A stretch of DNA of 64,000 nt, taken from the NCBI RefSeq assembly GCF_009914755.1, contig NC_060931.1; one strand, written 5' to 3'. The notes under the pieces are model-generated. The model saw only the letters and a program-made list of their open reading frames with translations, made no database searches and was not told the DNA's origin. Positions 1 through 14,277 of the stretch are shown here, piece by piece. The DNA is from the human T2T-CHM13v2.0 reference genome, Homo sapiens. A program made the translations under genes and the position numbers. Numbering within the stretch: position 1 is the stretch's first letter; every line of letters begins with the position of its first letter.

Positions 1-106
1 TTGCCACTTTTATTCAGTATCTATTTTTTTCATAATTCTTGCTTGGATACTCTAACAGTTGATATTGAAATTAAGCCCTGATTTGTAGTTCTTACCAATT
101 TTCTTG

Positions 107-402
107 TTTTTTTTTTTTTTTTGAGACTGAGTCTTGTTCTGTCGCCCAGGCTGGAGTGCAGTGGCATGATCTCGGCTCACTGCAAGCTCCGCCTCCCGGT
201 TCACGCCATTCTCCTGCCTCAGCCTCCCAAGTAGCTGGGATTACAGGCACCCGCCACCACACCTGGCTAATTTTTTTCTATTTTTAGTAGAGATGGGGTT
301 TCACCATGTTAGCCAGGATAGTCTCCATCTCCTGACCTCGTGATCTGCCCACCTTGGCCTCCCAAAGTGCTGGGATGACAGGTGTGAGCCACCGTGCCTG
401 GC
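107..402 (-). mobile_element. Alu (AluY/Sc-like)
   Basis: Poly-T followed by full antisense Alu; diagnostics gcaagctccgcc and cacgccattctcc. Confidence 0.9.
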
Positions 403-835
403 TGCCAGTTTTCGTTATGTAAATACTCCCATTTCTGAGTGTAAGCTTCCAAAAGTTCTTGTATATTTAGCAATCTGACCCTGGGTGTGCTATGAGTCAC
501 CTCCAGCCCACCACTGTTTGAATGGTATTTAAAGTGAAGGTACAGAAGCTATTTAAAAGGTCACAGAAGTAACCTAGGCAAGTGATAAAGAGACTAAATT
601 AAGGTAGCAGAAATAGGAGAGACTATTTCCAAATAGAATAGATGGAAGGGAGCTCCTGAGGGAAATAATCCTTCCATATGTCTTTATATACCTCATATGG
701 ATGTTGGACTGCTGTGTTCTGATGACTTGTTCTGTCAGGCAGAGGGTATATTGCCCTAAACATAGTGGATTTTTAAAAAGCAATTATCCAAATAAAAGAC
801 TTATCCTGGAAGAGGAAATGAAGGATTGAATTATA

Positions 836-1238
836 AGCACTGTGCACTTAGGTTACACTAAATTTATAGAAAAACATTTTTCTTTCTTCAGTAATAAATT
901 GACCTTAGCATACTGTCATTTTTTTTACTTTATAAACTTAAGTTTTTTGACATTTTGACTGTTTTGTAATAACACTTAGCTTAAAATATACATTGTACAG
1001 CCGAACAAAAATATTTTCTTTTTTTACATCCTCATTCTACAAGCTTTTTTCTATTTTTATTTTTTTTAAACTTTCTTGTTAATGTGCACATTAGCCCAGG
1101 CCTACAGAGGGTCAGGATCATCAAGACATCCAAGACATCAGCAGGCCACAGAAATTTTTCAGCTCCATTACAATCATATGGGCCTGTAATTGTATATGCA
1201 GTCCCTTGTTGACTGAAATGTCATGAGGCACGTGATTG
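836..1238. mobile_element. Tigger3-like (TcMar) DNA transposon fragment
   Basis: Ends ...gttgactgaaatgtcatgaggcacgtgattg-TA, resembling the Tigger3 terminus. Confidence 0.6.
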
Positions 1239-1779
1239 TATTTTTTTGATTTACATACTAAATATATGAGTTCGTGTGTCGGTACACTAACATATCATGT
1301 CTATTCTAGAGCATATAAAATTATTTTCAAGGGAAGATGTAAAAATAGGTATGAAGAAGTTCTGGTACTTTTTTCCCCACCCAGCAGATCACTGTTTTTT
1401 TTTTTTTTGTTTTTTTTTTTTTTTTTATCACTTGAGTGTTATGCACTGCTCTTTAAAGATTCCTGCTCTCAGGAGCACCTAAGGGTAGAATAGGAACTGG
1501 CACGCTCCCATGGCCAGGACGCTGCCTTCTGGAGGTGCTTATGGAGATGGACTGGAGTCTGGGGTCTTGGAAAGTAGGCATGTTTGATGGGCCAGTTTTA
1601 CATTAAGTTCTGTAGTCTCATTGCATCTGGCACCCTCAAATTTCTTATTAAATACTACAGCCTGGTTTTTAGCTTTGTTCCATAGTAGGAAAAGTTTGAG
1701 CATAGGAAAAGTTCTGTGCCCAAAATTGCATCCAAGAATTCAAAAGGCAAATAGAAACAGAGGTTATTTTTCATATACT

Positions 1780-3260
1780 TATCCGTTCATTTGACATACA
1801 TTTACTGAGCACTTAATGTGCCAAGCCCTGTTCTGCGAGTTGAGAAGTAGCCTGGAGTAAAGCATACAAAAATGGCTGCCTTCTCAGAGCTTATATTATT
1901 GTGTCAGGACCAGCATTCCAGGAAAGGGGAGCAATAAGGTCAGGGTCCCTGAGACAGGAACATCCCTAGTGTGCTGGGAAATAAATAAATCACTGTGGCT
2001 GAAGCAATTTGAGTTTGGGTAAGAAGAACTTGAGGTCAGAAAAGTAAAAGTGGAGGCAGGGCATATGGGATTGGGGTCGCAGATTGCATAGTGCCATGTG
2101 GATCAGTATAAGAAATTTAGCTCTTACTGTTAGGAATTTGAGAAATGATTGGAGAGTTTTTTGCAAATAAGTAACTTCATCAGACAGTATGTTAACTGGA
2201 TAATTCAGGTGGCTAGGTTGAGAATAGACCAGGGCAAGGGCAGTGTATGAGGGCAGAAGCATGAAGATCAGTCAGGATTCTAGTGTAAAATATTAAAGAA
2301 AGGTAATGCAAATGAGACAGATGATGTTGGTCTGGGATACATTGACAGGAGTGGTCAAATTCTGTTTATATTTTGGAAATAGTGCAGTCAGGGTTTGCTA
2401 ACTGATTAGATGTGGCCTTTGAGAAAGAGAAGAGTCAAGGATGACATCAAAGCTTTTGCCTTGATCAACTGGAAGAATAGGGTTACTCGATCTCAAGTAG
2501 GAAAGACAGTAAGAGAGTGGAATGTGAGGAGACCAGTTTAGACATGTTAAGGGTGAGATGTTTATTGAGTCTATAATATAAACAACCCAAATTCAGGTAT
2601 TGAATAGGCAAGTGGACATACCAGTTGGGAGTTCAGGAGAGGAACCAGACTAGAACTCTCAATTTGAGTGTCAGTAGCATATAGATGCCATTTAAAGTCA
2701 TAAGACTGTGATAACCCAGCAGGGAATACAGATACGATAAAAAAATTCTGAATATATTTTGTATTTACAATTGACAGGATTTGCTGGCTGTCAAAATGTA
2801 GGTATAAAAGATAAAATTTGAGAATGCCTCCAAGGATTTATAAAGAATAAAAAAAGCTGTTGGTGGATTGATTCTGGGGCTCTCCAATAATTGAAGATAA
2901 AGAGGAGCCAACAAATTGGATTGAAAAAAATGTTTAAAGAGGTAGGAATCAAACGAGACAAGTGTGGTATCTTGGAAGCCAAACCAAAAAAATAAAAAGT
3001 GTTTCAAGGAGTTAGCAATGGTCAGCTGTGTCAAATGCTGCTGTATTTACATGAAAACTCAGAAATGACCATTAGCTTTCATGTGATAGACATCATCATC
3101 AATCTGGCTTAAAAGTAGTGTCATTTGAGTGATGGGAGCAAAAAGGTGATGATGGGAACTGCTTTAAGTGAGAACAGAGGGAGAAAAATTGTAGCAGAGA
3201 TTATAACATTTTAGACAATCCTACTGAGGAATTTTGCCACAAAAGAGAGCAATTGCGGTG
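1780..3260. mobile_element. Degenerate L2 LINE
   Basis: catttactgagcacttaatgtgccaagccctgttc and gagtcaaggatgac motifs typical of L2. Confidence 0.55.
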
Positions 3261-4370
3261 ATGGTTTCAGGGGGAGATGTGGTCAATCTTCCTGTTTGTT
3301 TTCTTAGTAGGAGGCAAATACTAGTATGTATTTAAGCTAGTAAGAATTGGTTAACAGAGAGGGAAACTTTAAAGATACATATGAAAGCAGGGAAGAAGGA
3401 TTTACTGAATAATGTTTTTGGATAGGCTAGAGAGGATGGGGTCTAGTACATGCAAGAATGGTGCTGGCCTTTGCTAGGAACATGAACATATCATCTACAT
3501 GAACAAGAGAAAGGTAAAGTTTTTTTTTTTTTTTTTTTTCAAGGTGCAGGTAAGTGGGTAGATATCGTGGGAGCTGGTACAGTTTCTCTTTTGATTGGAT
3601 CTTTTTCTCAATGGATCAGGAAAAAGGGCCATGAGCCAAGGAGGTGTGAAGAGAGAGGAAGAATAACAGACCTTTTGAGGTGGATTTTCCTGAACTGGAA
3701 ATGAAAGATGATGGCAGGACTGTGTTTTTTCCTTTGGTCACATTTTGTGGCTTAGGGCAGAGCAAAGAGTTTAGATTTAATGAGGGTTTTGGTTTAGGCA
3801 CAGATAGGTAAGAAAAGGAATGGGGAAAAACTTAGTGAAGGTATCTGCATGGGAGTGATTATGACGATTGACCGTGGAATTTAGTTAAGTAGTGAAGTGA
3901 GGACACAGGGTGTGGGGGTCCAGGCCAGGGAAAGGATATGAGACTAATGGACTGTAGGTGCAGTGAGTTAGATTTTCAAAGGACTTTTGGAGTTTTGTGA
4001 CCAGACAAAGTGAGCTGGAATATGAGAAGTGGTGTTAAAAAGTGTGTATGAAATTGAGATTATTGAGGAATTGCAGTTATTATAAAGACAATTTGTCGCA
4101 TGTGGCCAGGGAGGTGAGAGGCTGGGAGTAGGTTGGAGGGAAGATCACTGGAAGAGATCCACCCCTCCCCATCCCCATCACAAGGAAGGTAGGCATTAGT
4201 TTGCAAGAGTTCAAGCCCTTAGATCTGCTTTTGAAGGAGAAGAGGCTATTTGTAAGAAAGCTGGTAAGTTTCTATTCCAAGGTTCATGATCTAATAGGAA
4301 GACTGCAGGTGTGGCCGTCAGGCCCAAGTCCTAGGTGAGAATGCAGGTCTGCGAGCCCCTAGGACCGGAC

Positions 4371-4415
4371 CATAACGACCTTAACAGCCATAACGGCCGT
4401 AACTGCCATAACGGC
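4371..4415 (+). promoter_or_regulatory. Five tandem 9-bp units with TAAC cores; putative MYB/A-MYB binding array
   Basis: cataacgac-cttaacagc-cataacggc-cgtaactgc-cataacggc; four units match YAACNG. Confidence 0.6.
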
Positions 4416-4562
4416 CGGCTGCGCGAGGCCCTTCCAGCATTTCCACTTTCGTCAGGTACTGGAGAGGGCTGCCGGCCGGATGCCAGGGCAGAGGGGCAGG
4501 GCGGACGGCTAGGAGTTCAAGAAACATCCTGGTCTGAGGGAAAGGCTGCAGCCTGCACCGCC

Positions 4563-4741
4563 ATGAATAAGCTTTTCAGCTTCTGGAAGAGGAAGAATGA
4601 GACCCGCAGCCAGGGCTACAACCTTCGAGAAAAGGATTTAAAGAAACTTCACAGAGCTGCTTCAGTCGGGGATTTGAAGAAGCTGAAGGAATACCTTCAG
4701 ATCAAGAAATATGATGTAAATATGCAGGACAAAAAATACAG
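4563..4741 (+). CDS. ANKRD7: ANKRD7 coding exon 1 (MNKLFSFWKRKNETRSQGYNLREKDLKKLHRAASVGDLKKLKEYLQIKKYDVNMQDKKY-R)
   Basis: ATG in accgccATGa context at 4563; ankyrin-like LHRAASVGD; donor AG|gtgacc at 4742; 179 nt, phase 2, joins exon 2 in frame. Confidence 0.95.
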
Positions 4742-4936
4742 GTGACCAGACTGAAGAGCCAGCGCGGGAGGACGGGTTGGGGCCTGGGTCGTTCAACCAG
4801 AAATAAGACAAGTGGGGGCTGTTTGACACTGATTGTCACTCCGGGTTTCCCAAAGAAGAGAGATTGTCTGGTAACCATTGGCAGAGGGTCCCACTCCAAC
4901 TTTCGGCTTTTTATTTAATTTAAAAAAAAAATGCTG

Positions 4937-5254
<318 letters not shown>

Positions 5255-6053
5255 CTACCCTTCCTGAATCCATCCTCTCCTCTGACTGGCTTAGTCTCCA
5301 CTGGCAGTCCATCTTTTCCCCACCTTACTGTTTTGCTTCTTGGTAATAGATCGTCCCCAGGCACTAAGATGTACAATTTTGCTAATGGGAGAATAGGAAA
5401 AGAGTAGAGACGACCCCCTGGAACATTGGTTAGTTAGATTTTAACACTTGGAAACATCAAAACAAGTAACTTTTAAATTTTTTGAAGAAGAAGCTTGCTG
5501 AGTTTATTGATACTTAACAAACTTATTTGGACAGAGGATGATTTTTTTTCTCCCTTCATTGCTACCCATTACTTATCACCAATTTTCTTAAATCTGATTC
5601 CATTTTCTCACCAAATATATGCTGCAAATATGTGTAACAACTGTATAAACGTGTCAGATTCTGGGATAATATGATGAATAAGCCGTACTATTCATTAACC
5701 ACACTCATTACCATTGAACTTGTCAAGTCACAAAGGTCCCTTGTAGCCCCCTGGGGCCTTGATGCAGCACAATCAGCTATATGAACTCTGTTAAACCACT
5801 GTCCTTACTTTGGTTACAATTTAAAAGAGACTTTGAGAATCTCCAAACTCAGAGTTGCTGTTGAGCTGGGGTTAACAAGCAGAGGGACTCCCCAGATAGC
5901 TTCATACCCAGTTTAGCTTTATAACAAGTGTAGTTTTAGGCTCTGTCTTGGCATACTTGAGAGCACAATGGCTGCTTCAAAACAGGCATTTGAACTCGCT
6001 GTTTAATCAAATTCTTCTTTAATCTAAAGTGAGTTTCTCATAGAGAGCATATA

Positions 6054-6640
6054 CACTTAACCCTTGAACAATGTAGGGGTTGGGGTGGGGAGTCAACCCC
6101 CTGTGAAGTAAAAATTTGCTAATAACTTTTGACTCCCCCAGAACTTAACTATAAATAGCCTACTATTGATTGGAAGTGTTACCAACAGCATAAACAGTTA
6201 ACATATATTTTGTATGTAATATGTGTTATCCACTATATTCTTACAATAAAGTTAGCAAAAGAAAAAAATGTTATTAGGAAAATTATAAGGAAGAGAAAAT
6301 ATATTTACTGTTAAGTTGAAGTGGATCATCATAAAGTTCTTCATCCTGTTTTCTTCACATTGAGTAGATGGAGGAGGAGGAAGAAGAGGGGTTGATCACA
6401 GTGTCTCTGGTATTTTTTGGTAGTAAATGATAAAATAGACTGATATCTACATATATTTTATGCATTCATGGCATACGTAACCTTTTCTTAATTTTTCAAT
6501 ATTTTTAGGCTACATGTTTCATCTGCTAGTTTTTTCAAATTGTTGCAAATTTCCAAAATTTTTCTTATATAGCTATTGAAAAAAATCTATGTATAAGTGA
6601 ACCTACACAGTTCAAACACCTGCTGTTCAAGAGTCAACTG
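6054..6640. mobile_element. Tigger2-family MITE
   Basis: Terminal inverted repeats cacttaacccttgaacaa / tgttcaagagtcaactg flanked by TA. Confidence 0.75.
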
Positions 6641-8279
6641 TAGTTGCATCTTGTGTTTTATCTATTCAGCCACTGTTTGATTACAGAGCTTAATCTATTT
6701 ACACTTAAAGTATTTATAGATAGGGAAAGTTTTACTATTGCTATTTTGTTAGCTTTCATGTTACTCTTATAGTTCCTTTGTCTTTTTCTTTCTTACTGTC
6801 TTCCTTTGTATTTTCTTGATTTTGTGCTTTGATACTGATGTGCTTTGGTTCCTTTCTTTCTTTTTTGTGTAACTTCTACAGATTTTTTTTTGTGGTTACT
6901 TTGGGACTTACATAAAATAGCTCATAGCAGTTTATTTTAAGTTGCTAACAATTGAAGTTCAATAGCATATAAAAATTCTAAATTTTATCTCCCCCCAAAC
7001 TTTGTTGTTGTCATAATTAACATGTATTCATATTGTTTATGGGGAAGCTGGGGTGCTGGCAAGCCACCTCCTTTGCTCTCTTGGGTAAAGCTGGGAGGTA
7101 GTGGGTCTCTTTCTTATCATATGGCACTGTGTTGGAGGCAGAATCTTCAGCAAGAGGGTGTTCTGAATCTCTCTATTAGTTCTAGTGCCTCTGGTTTTGT
7201 ATTCGCTCAGGGTGCAGGAGACTTCCAATTAGTTTCTGAGTTTTCACAAAGGGAGTTTGTCCTTACGCTGTTGCTGAATTGGTGTGTTTGTTGTGAGGAA
7301 GGGTACTTCGGGGTTTCCTACTCTGTCATATTGCTGACATCACTCTGGTTAATCTTTTTAATGTGGATCACTTATGAAAAATTTCCTCAATTACATAATA
7401 TCTTCAAACAAACCCATTAACAACCACTTGCTGCGAAAATTAATACATATTAAGAAACAAAGTTAGGTGTTTGGCATTAGTAACAGTAAATATGTACTAT
7501 CAGTGGCTGCCTTAAAATATTTTTGGGAGTTTTCAAGTCATAGGGTATGAAAAGCATCATCTTTCATCACAGGTGGGTAAGTGAAAACTATACAGTTAGG
7601 AAAAGGATTTGTATTTAGCTTATTGATAGTATTATGTCTTTTTTTTTTTTTTAACAAAAACAGTGTTGTCCAATCTTCTAGATGGCTTTTATCCTACACC
7701 ACTCCGCTGAATGACTTTATAAGGTAATCGATAACTTCAATGTGACTTCATTCAGGGGTCAGTTTTTAGTCTTACCTTGCTGGCCTGTCAGCAAAGTATT
7801 TTATTTGCCATATCAGTGGTATTTGAAATATTGTCTTTCAGAACACTGGGGCCATCTGGCATTTCTCCTAATTCTGTGGACACTTCTTTTGAGACTCTTT
7901 TGCTGGTTTCTCTTCATCTTCCTGACTTGTAAACACGTAAGGAATTCCACCAGAAATGATTCTCTCTCTACTTTTATCTTCACTCTCCTGGTGAAGAGAG
8001 ATTAGCTTTAAATATATATATTCCAGTGCCTTCCAACTTTTAATCTCCAGCCAACCAGACCTCTTGCTGCCTATATTTATACTTAGATATATAATATTCA
8101 CTGGTGTGCTAATACATGTTTAATAACAGGCCCTTAATGGGTAGGGGAGGGAAAGAGGGAAAACCCTGATTCATACAGTTTATAAATTGTGGCCAATTTT
8201 AAGCTACCAATGGGATATCAACTGGCTTGCAAAATTCCTGAAAATTTAACAGTTAGCTTGTAAGAACCACTAGCTCCAT

Positions 8280-9255
8280 CACATCACTACTTAGCTTTCT
8301 CAAACTGAGGTCTCAAACATTCCCAAACTAAGATCCTGTTATTCTACTTCTGACCTGCCTTTTCTTTTTCGATAAATGCCAAATGTTGTCTTTCAATTGC
8401 TTAAGGCTGAAATTCTAGAATATTTTTGATTCCTCTAATTCCTTCACATCCATTTGATTAAACAGCAAATCTTGTTGGCTCCTCCTTCAAAATAAATCTA
8501 ACATCCAAGCATTTCTTGCCACCTTTATAAGTACTACCATAGTCAAAGCCACCATTATGTCTTACCTAGAATTACTACAGTGGCCACTTAACTACACTTT
8601 TCCCTTTTCAGCTTATTCTCAACACAGCAGTCAGAATGATCCTGTGTAATGTATGTCAAATGGTATTATTCCTTGTTTTCGTAACTTCCAATCACTTTCC
8701 ATCTTACTAGGGGTAAAAGCCGGATCCATCCAGTGTCTCATACCACCCTATATGATCTTCATCTTCACCCTGTTACTTGTCTGATCTTACCTCCTACAAC
8801 TCTTCCTTTCATTCATTTACATCCAGCTACACTGGCCTTCTTACTGTTCCACAGAAATGCAAGACATGCATTTAGGGTTTTTGGACTAGCTGGTCCCTCT
8901 GCCTGGGGTGCTTTTCCCTCAGATAGTCATATGACTTGCTCTTTCACTTCCTTTAGGTGTTATTCAACTGTTACCTTACTAGTGAGGGCTTCCCTGGCTA
9001 CTCTTTACCTACAGTTGTACCCTTTCTCCTCACTGACATTTCCTACCCTTCTTCCCTGCTTTTCTCTTTAGAACTTAATATTGTCTTATGTACTTTTTAT
9101 CTTTTAAATTGTTTGTTGTTTACCTCTTCTACTAACATGTATGATTTATAAAAGCAGGTATTCACATATGTTTTGTTTGCTGATATATCCTCATCACCTA
9201 GAACCCTGCCTAGCCATAGTGAGCGCTTAATATTTTTAAAATAAATGAATGAAAG
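8280..9255. mobile_element. Degenerate L2 LINE 3' part
   Basis: L2-like motifs ending in aataaatgaatgaa. Confidence 0.55.
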
Positions 9256-9449
9256 GATGAATACATACATATATACACATATAAATGGGAGAACTTAAGG
9301 ATACTATTCAGCAATAAATGCAATGAATTATGGATATATGCAAAAATATGGGTGAATCTTGAAAGTGTCATGCTAACTGAAAGAAACCAGACACAAATGA
9401 CTCCATTTACATGAAATTCTAGGAAAGGTAAAAGCACTGTAGCATACAG

Positions 9450-10171
9450 GAAGCAACAAAAAAAGAAAACTACAGTCCAATATTCCTATGAACATAGACA
9501 CAGAAATCATCAACAAAATACTAGCAAACCAAATCCAGTAGTACATCAAAACGATAATTCAACACAATCAAGTGGGTTTTACTCCAGGTGTACAAGGATG
9601 GTTCAACATATGCAAATCAATAAATGTGATTCACCACATAAACAGAATTAAAAGCAAAAACCAGATGATCATCTCAATAGTTGTAGGAAAAACATTGATA
9701 AAATCCAACATCCCTTCATGATAAAAACCCTCAACAAACTAGGCATCGAAGGAACGTACCTCAAAATAATAAGGGACATCTATGACAAACACACAGCCAA
9801 CATCATACTGAATGTGGAAAAGTTGAAAGCATTCCTCCTAAGAACTGAAATAAGACAAAGATGTCTGCTCTCACCACTCCTATCCAACATAGTACTGGAA
9901 ATCCTAGCCAGAAAAATCAGTCAAAAGAAATAAAAGGCATCCAAATTGACAAAGAGGATATGAAATTATCTCTATCACATGGACATAAAGGTGGAAATAA
10001 TAGACACTAGGGACTCCAAATGGGGGAATGGTGGGATGGGCATGAGAGTTGAAAAACTACCTATTAGATGCTATGTTCACTATTTGGGTAATGAGTTCAG
10101 CAGAAGCACAGCATTATGCAAGATACCCATGTAACAAACCTGCATATGTACACCCCGAATCTAAAAAAAAA
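9450..10171 (+). mobile_element. L1PB-like fragment: ORF2 RT piece fused to 3'UTR and poly-A, nested in an older L1M end
   Basis: ORF 9718-9933 [18 protein letters not shown] is L1 ORF2; abrupt jump at ~9975 to cacatggacataaag (3'UTR). Confidence 0.8.
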
Positions 10172-10366
10172 GGATAGTGACATAATGTAAATTAATAGTT
10201 ACCAGTGGTTTTAGATATGGGGGGAGGGGAAAGAATTGACTGCAAAGAATTGACTATAAATTGACTAGTCAAAATTCATAAAGTTGTACACTTTAATTTT
10301 ATTATAAATTACAACTTGATAAAGCTGAATGAAAAAAATCTCAAATTGTATATTTCTGTTTGAACG

Positions 10367-10368
10367 TG

Positions 10369-10402
<34 letters not shown>
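10367..10402. repeat. (TG)n(AG)n compound microsatellite
   Basis: Direct reading. Confidence 0.9.
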
Positions 10403-12444
10403 TACTGAAAATGAGAAAGATAAAATATTAAAGGACATATACTTAAATTGCTATTTCCAAGAGAGATGAAATGTGGGCAGAGGAAAGTAGATAGAGTGAG
10501 ATGGTCATTGGGAACTATTTGTTTTGTTTGAATTTTTAATAAGGTAAATTACAATGTTTTATCAAATGTTTCACAGAATCATTTTGGAAGCATTGTGCTT
10601 AAGGTCTCTGAAACCTCATGTAAGCATATGTGCATATTAATGGCCTAATGGAAGTGATATTTTTAGATATGTTTTCTAGTAAAAAAAATGATACTGAAAA
10701 TTGGAATTTCTGGTAAAAAAGAAAAAAAGGGACAGAGGAAATAGCATAAGCAGATTGTTCAGGAAGCCACAGTGGCCTAGCAGGAAAAACATTGTTCTGA
10801 GAGTCAAGATCTGAGTTTGAGGCCTTCTCTACATCTGTATCATGCAGAGATACCTTCAGTCTCATCTTTCAAACTAGAGCTACTACTCGATTAGTGTTTT
10901 TTAAACAAAGATCTGCAAAGCTCTGTTGCAGGCATCTTATTAAATCGGAATAGCTCCCTGTTAATGTGCTCTGTGTAGTTAGCTTCTATTTTTGTTTTTA
11001 TTTCAAGAGCAGTGTGCCTAATAAGTTTGAAAATGAATTGGAGATGTTTAATGTCTCTCCTGCTATAAAATCACTTTTATGGTTTTTAATAAAAAAGCCC
11101 TTAAGATCTATACATAACTTGGTGAGTGGAGGCCCAATTCTAAATTAATACCTTCAACCATACTACTCAAATCTAGATTACATCGAAAGTGCCCAGCCTA
11201 GAGATGAAAATAAATGACCTAGTGTGAGTTAGCTTCCTTGGTTACTTCTCCTTCACTCACCCTGAACTCTAAGTTATCAGGAGCCCAAGAATGTCACTTA
11301 AAAAGGGCATTCTCATCATGAGATTCAATTGAAGGCTACAGCTATGCCCTGGCCCTGTACTCTGTCTAGCAGATAACACTTTTCACTTCAGCTTTCAAAG
11401 TAATCTTTCAGCCTTGACGCTCATCTCAGTCATCCCTTTTGCTAAAGTTCAATTTGAAATTTCTGGTATCTGATCATTCATCACCTGTCCACAGTCTATG
11501 CTGACAATTTTTCCATCGATATATGAGAGAGTGAGAGTCTGGGAGAAAATAGAACTTGAATGAAACAAAATGACATCGGTTAGCCTGAAAACCTAGAAAC
11601 CAGTACTAAGCTTCACAGGAATTTAGATTTCTGGTTAGATTAAGTACCATGAGTTAAGAAGTAACAATATAAACTAAAGTCTTAAATTGGGAGTATAATG
11701 TATTCATGAAAGTTAAGGATTTTTGACAAATGGAATAATATTGATTTTAAAATGTTTCTCTAAGATATCTGTAAATATACTTTTTGCATTCAACTCTTTC
11801 AAAAAATAGAATGGCCTCTGTTTTTGACATTAAGTGGAAAAGCATTCCTATTGGCCTCGAAGCATTTACATTATATGTGTAAACATATAGATAAGTGGCC
11901 ACAACAAATTTTTTTTTTGTTTGTTTGTTTGTTTTGCTGCTTGCTCCAATTGTGAGCTCTAAAATTTAAGGACACTTAAATCTAAAATTTAAAATAAAAT
12001 GAATGTAAATGTTAAATCTGTATGTTTTTTAAAACATTTTGGTTTTTTTTTAAACTAAGATGACTGCTTTAAAAGGATGACAAATATTCTAAGTGAAAAT
12101 CTTTGCAAGATTGACGGTTTGAGTGAATATTGTGAACTTTTCAGTGTTTTGTGCATGCTCAAAGCTAGATTAGTTCTTGTTTTCAGATTTTGTACAAATG
12201 ACCCCAGGCTGTATTGTTCAACACCTCCTTTGAAAGTGGAATCTTTCATGGCTATTTTATTTTATTGAATTTGTGGCTGATTTCCTAAGTTCTTGGAGCT
12301 TAATATGAGCCATGAAATTTTTTTATGAGATTTGTTACTGAAGGTTTTAGATTCAGTTGGTGGAAGAGCGAGGTATACAGCAGGGTGCAGCAGCCATTTG
12401 TGGAGGACCTATTGGGAATCCATTTACTTTCTCTTAGTAAGAGC

Positions 12445-12446
<2 letters not shown>

Positions 12447-12479
<33 letters not shown>

Positions 12480-12480
12480 A
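12447..12480. repeat. (TG)n microsatellite
   Basis: Direct reading. Confidence 0.9.
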
Positions 12481-14162
12481 ATTTTATGCGTTTATTTTAA
12501 ATTAGGTAAAAAATTGGAGTTGGAGGGAGAGGCAGATCTAAAAATTGGGTGGAAACCACCAAAGTTCCTTGGAACTAAATTCTCAAGATATGTGTAATAG
12601 CAGATGAGGGAGACACATCAAAATGTTTGCCAGGATTTGCTATCTACTGCAAGGGATTATCTTTGGTGGGCTTAAAGCTATTTAGCCCTGTGTTATGTTT
12701 GGATTGAGGGCTCTGAAAACTCCTATTACATAAGGAATTTCATCCTTAAGCCAAACTGTAAATGTGAACAGAAAGCTTAATTAGTGCTTCATTGTATCAG
12801 GATTACTGAGAAATTAGTCATCAGAAATTTGCTTGGTAAGGATGGAATCACAGTAAAGTAAAGGTGGATAGTTTTGAGGGAAACATAATTTAGACCATGT
12901 TGTTTGATGAATCATTTTTGTCCTACAACAAAGTACTTCTTTGTTCGTTCCTTAAATTCAGATTGTCTTTTCCATGTAGTATGTTAATTAATTATGGATA
13001 ACTTCTGGTTTTATTCTGTTATGTTAGCTGACTGTCTTCTTCCTGACTGTGCTCTCTCTTTAGCTAAATAATAATATAATTGGTTAAAATTTGGCTTTTT
13101 ATATTGTAGTTGTATTACAGTCTTGCCTTCCAGAGATTACATTCAGGTAAACTTAATTAGAATTTTAGCTTTCTCCAATTTTTTGAACTGTTTTTATATT
13201 TTCTTGGTTTATTGCCATAGATGGTAAGTTATTGTGTATAGGTTTTGTTTGTTTATCTTTTTGAAAATTGCCTTATTTTTAAGTAGTTATCTTATTTTTG
13301 AGGTTCACCTTTTTGCTACTCCTGTGTGTCAATAGCAGGTTTATTTAGGTACCCATAGAGTACTTCTGAGGAGCTAAAGTGAAACAAGGAAAATATATTT
13401 AAGTTTCTTGTTTGGAACATGGATTATTTATATGTGGCCTTGGTATTATAAAATTATCTAAAAACAAGGCTATAATGATATCACCTTAGAAGTAGATAAA
13501 TGTTTATTGAGGGCCAGTCCAGGCTAAAAACTGCAAAATTTAAATGGATCTAATTAGTCTTCTGTCATAATTCATGAATGTGTGTCTGGTTTCCGGTAGG
13601 CTACCTAGAATAGGGTTCTTTAGAAGTAGAAATTAGTGTAATAACTTAAAATAGGGTTAAGATCTACAACTTAGAGAGTACTTAGGCATTCACCTTTTAC
13701 TTCTCAGAAACAAATGCCAACTTTAATCACTGAGTAAATAAAGAAAAACACACAATTAGGTACAGCATGTCATTGATTAAGTAATATCCTTTCCTCCTGT
13801 TACCTATTAGATGTATTTCAGGTTTTAAATATAATTTCTAAATTTTATGGTGATACCTAACTTTATTATCTTTTCCAAGGCCCAGACATCATTTTGGTAT
13901 TTTTTAAAAAATCTATTTTCATCTCATTATAGTTAAATTTTCCTTGAAGTGAAATCAGTTAAATATTTAATCTTCAACACACTTGTGCAGCCCTGAAAGT
14001 TCAATAAAATGTAATTGTAATTAATGTACATTTGTTTAAATAGAAATATGTGCATGAAGCAAGTACCTTACCAATGTACAATCTGGCTTGTTTTTGGGTA
14101 AAACAAGTAACTTCTCAAACGAAGACTTATCTCTAACTTTGTGTTTTGTTTTATTGACATAG

Positions 14163-14277
14163 AACACCTTTGCACCTAGCCTGTGCTAATGGACATACAG
14201 ATGTTGTACTTTTCCTAATTGAGCAACAATGCAAAATAAATGTCCGGGATAGTGAAAACAAATCCCCATTGATTAAG
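14163..14277 (+). CDS. ANKRD7: ANKRD7 coding exon 2 (R-TPLHLACANGHTDVVLFLIEQQCKINVRDSENKSPLIK)
   Basis: Acceptor gacatag| and donor AAG|gtatgc; 115 nt; canonical ankyrin TPLHLA. Confidence 0.96.

Larger units (their letters stand above)
4300..4800 (+). promoter_or_regulatory. CpG/GC-enriched promoter and 5'UTR of ANKRD7
   Basis: Clearly CpG-rich non-Alu stretch surrounding the start codon. Confidence 0.75.

Noticed and set aside
4371-4415. CRISPR-like or prokaryotic repeat array
   Set aside because: 9-bp contiguous units without spacers in a mammalian promoter; no prokaryotic features anywhere in the window.
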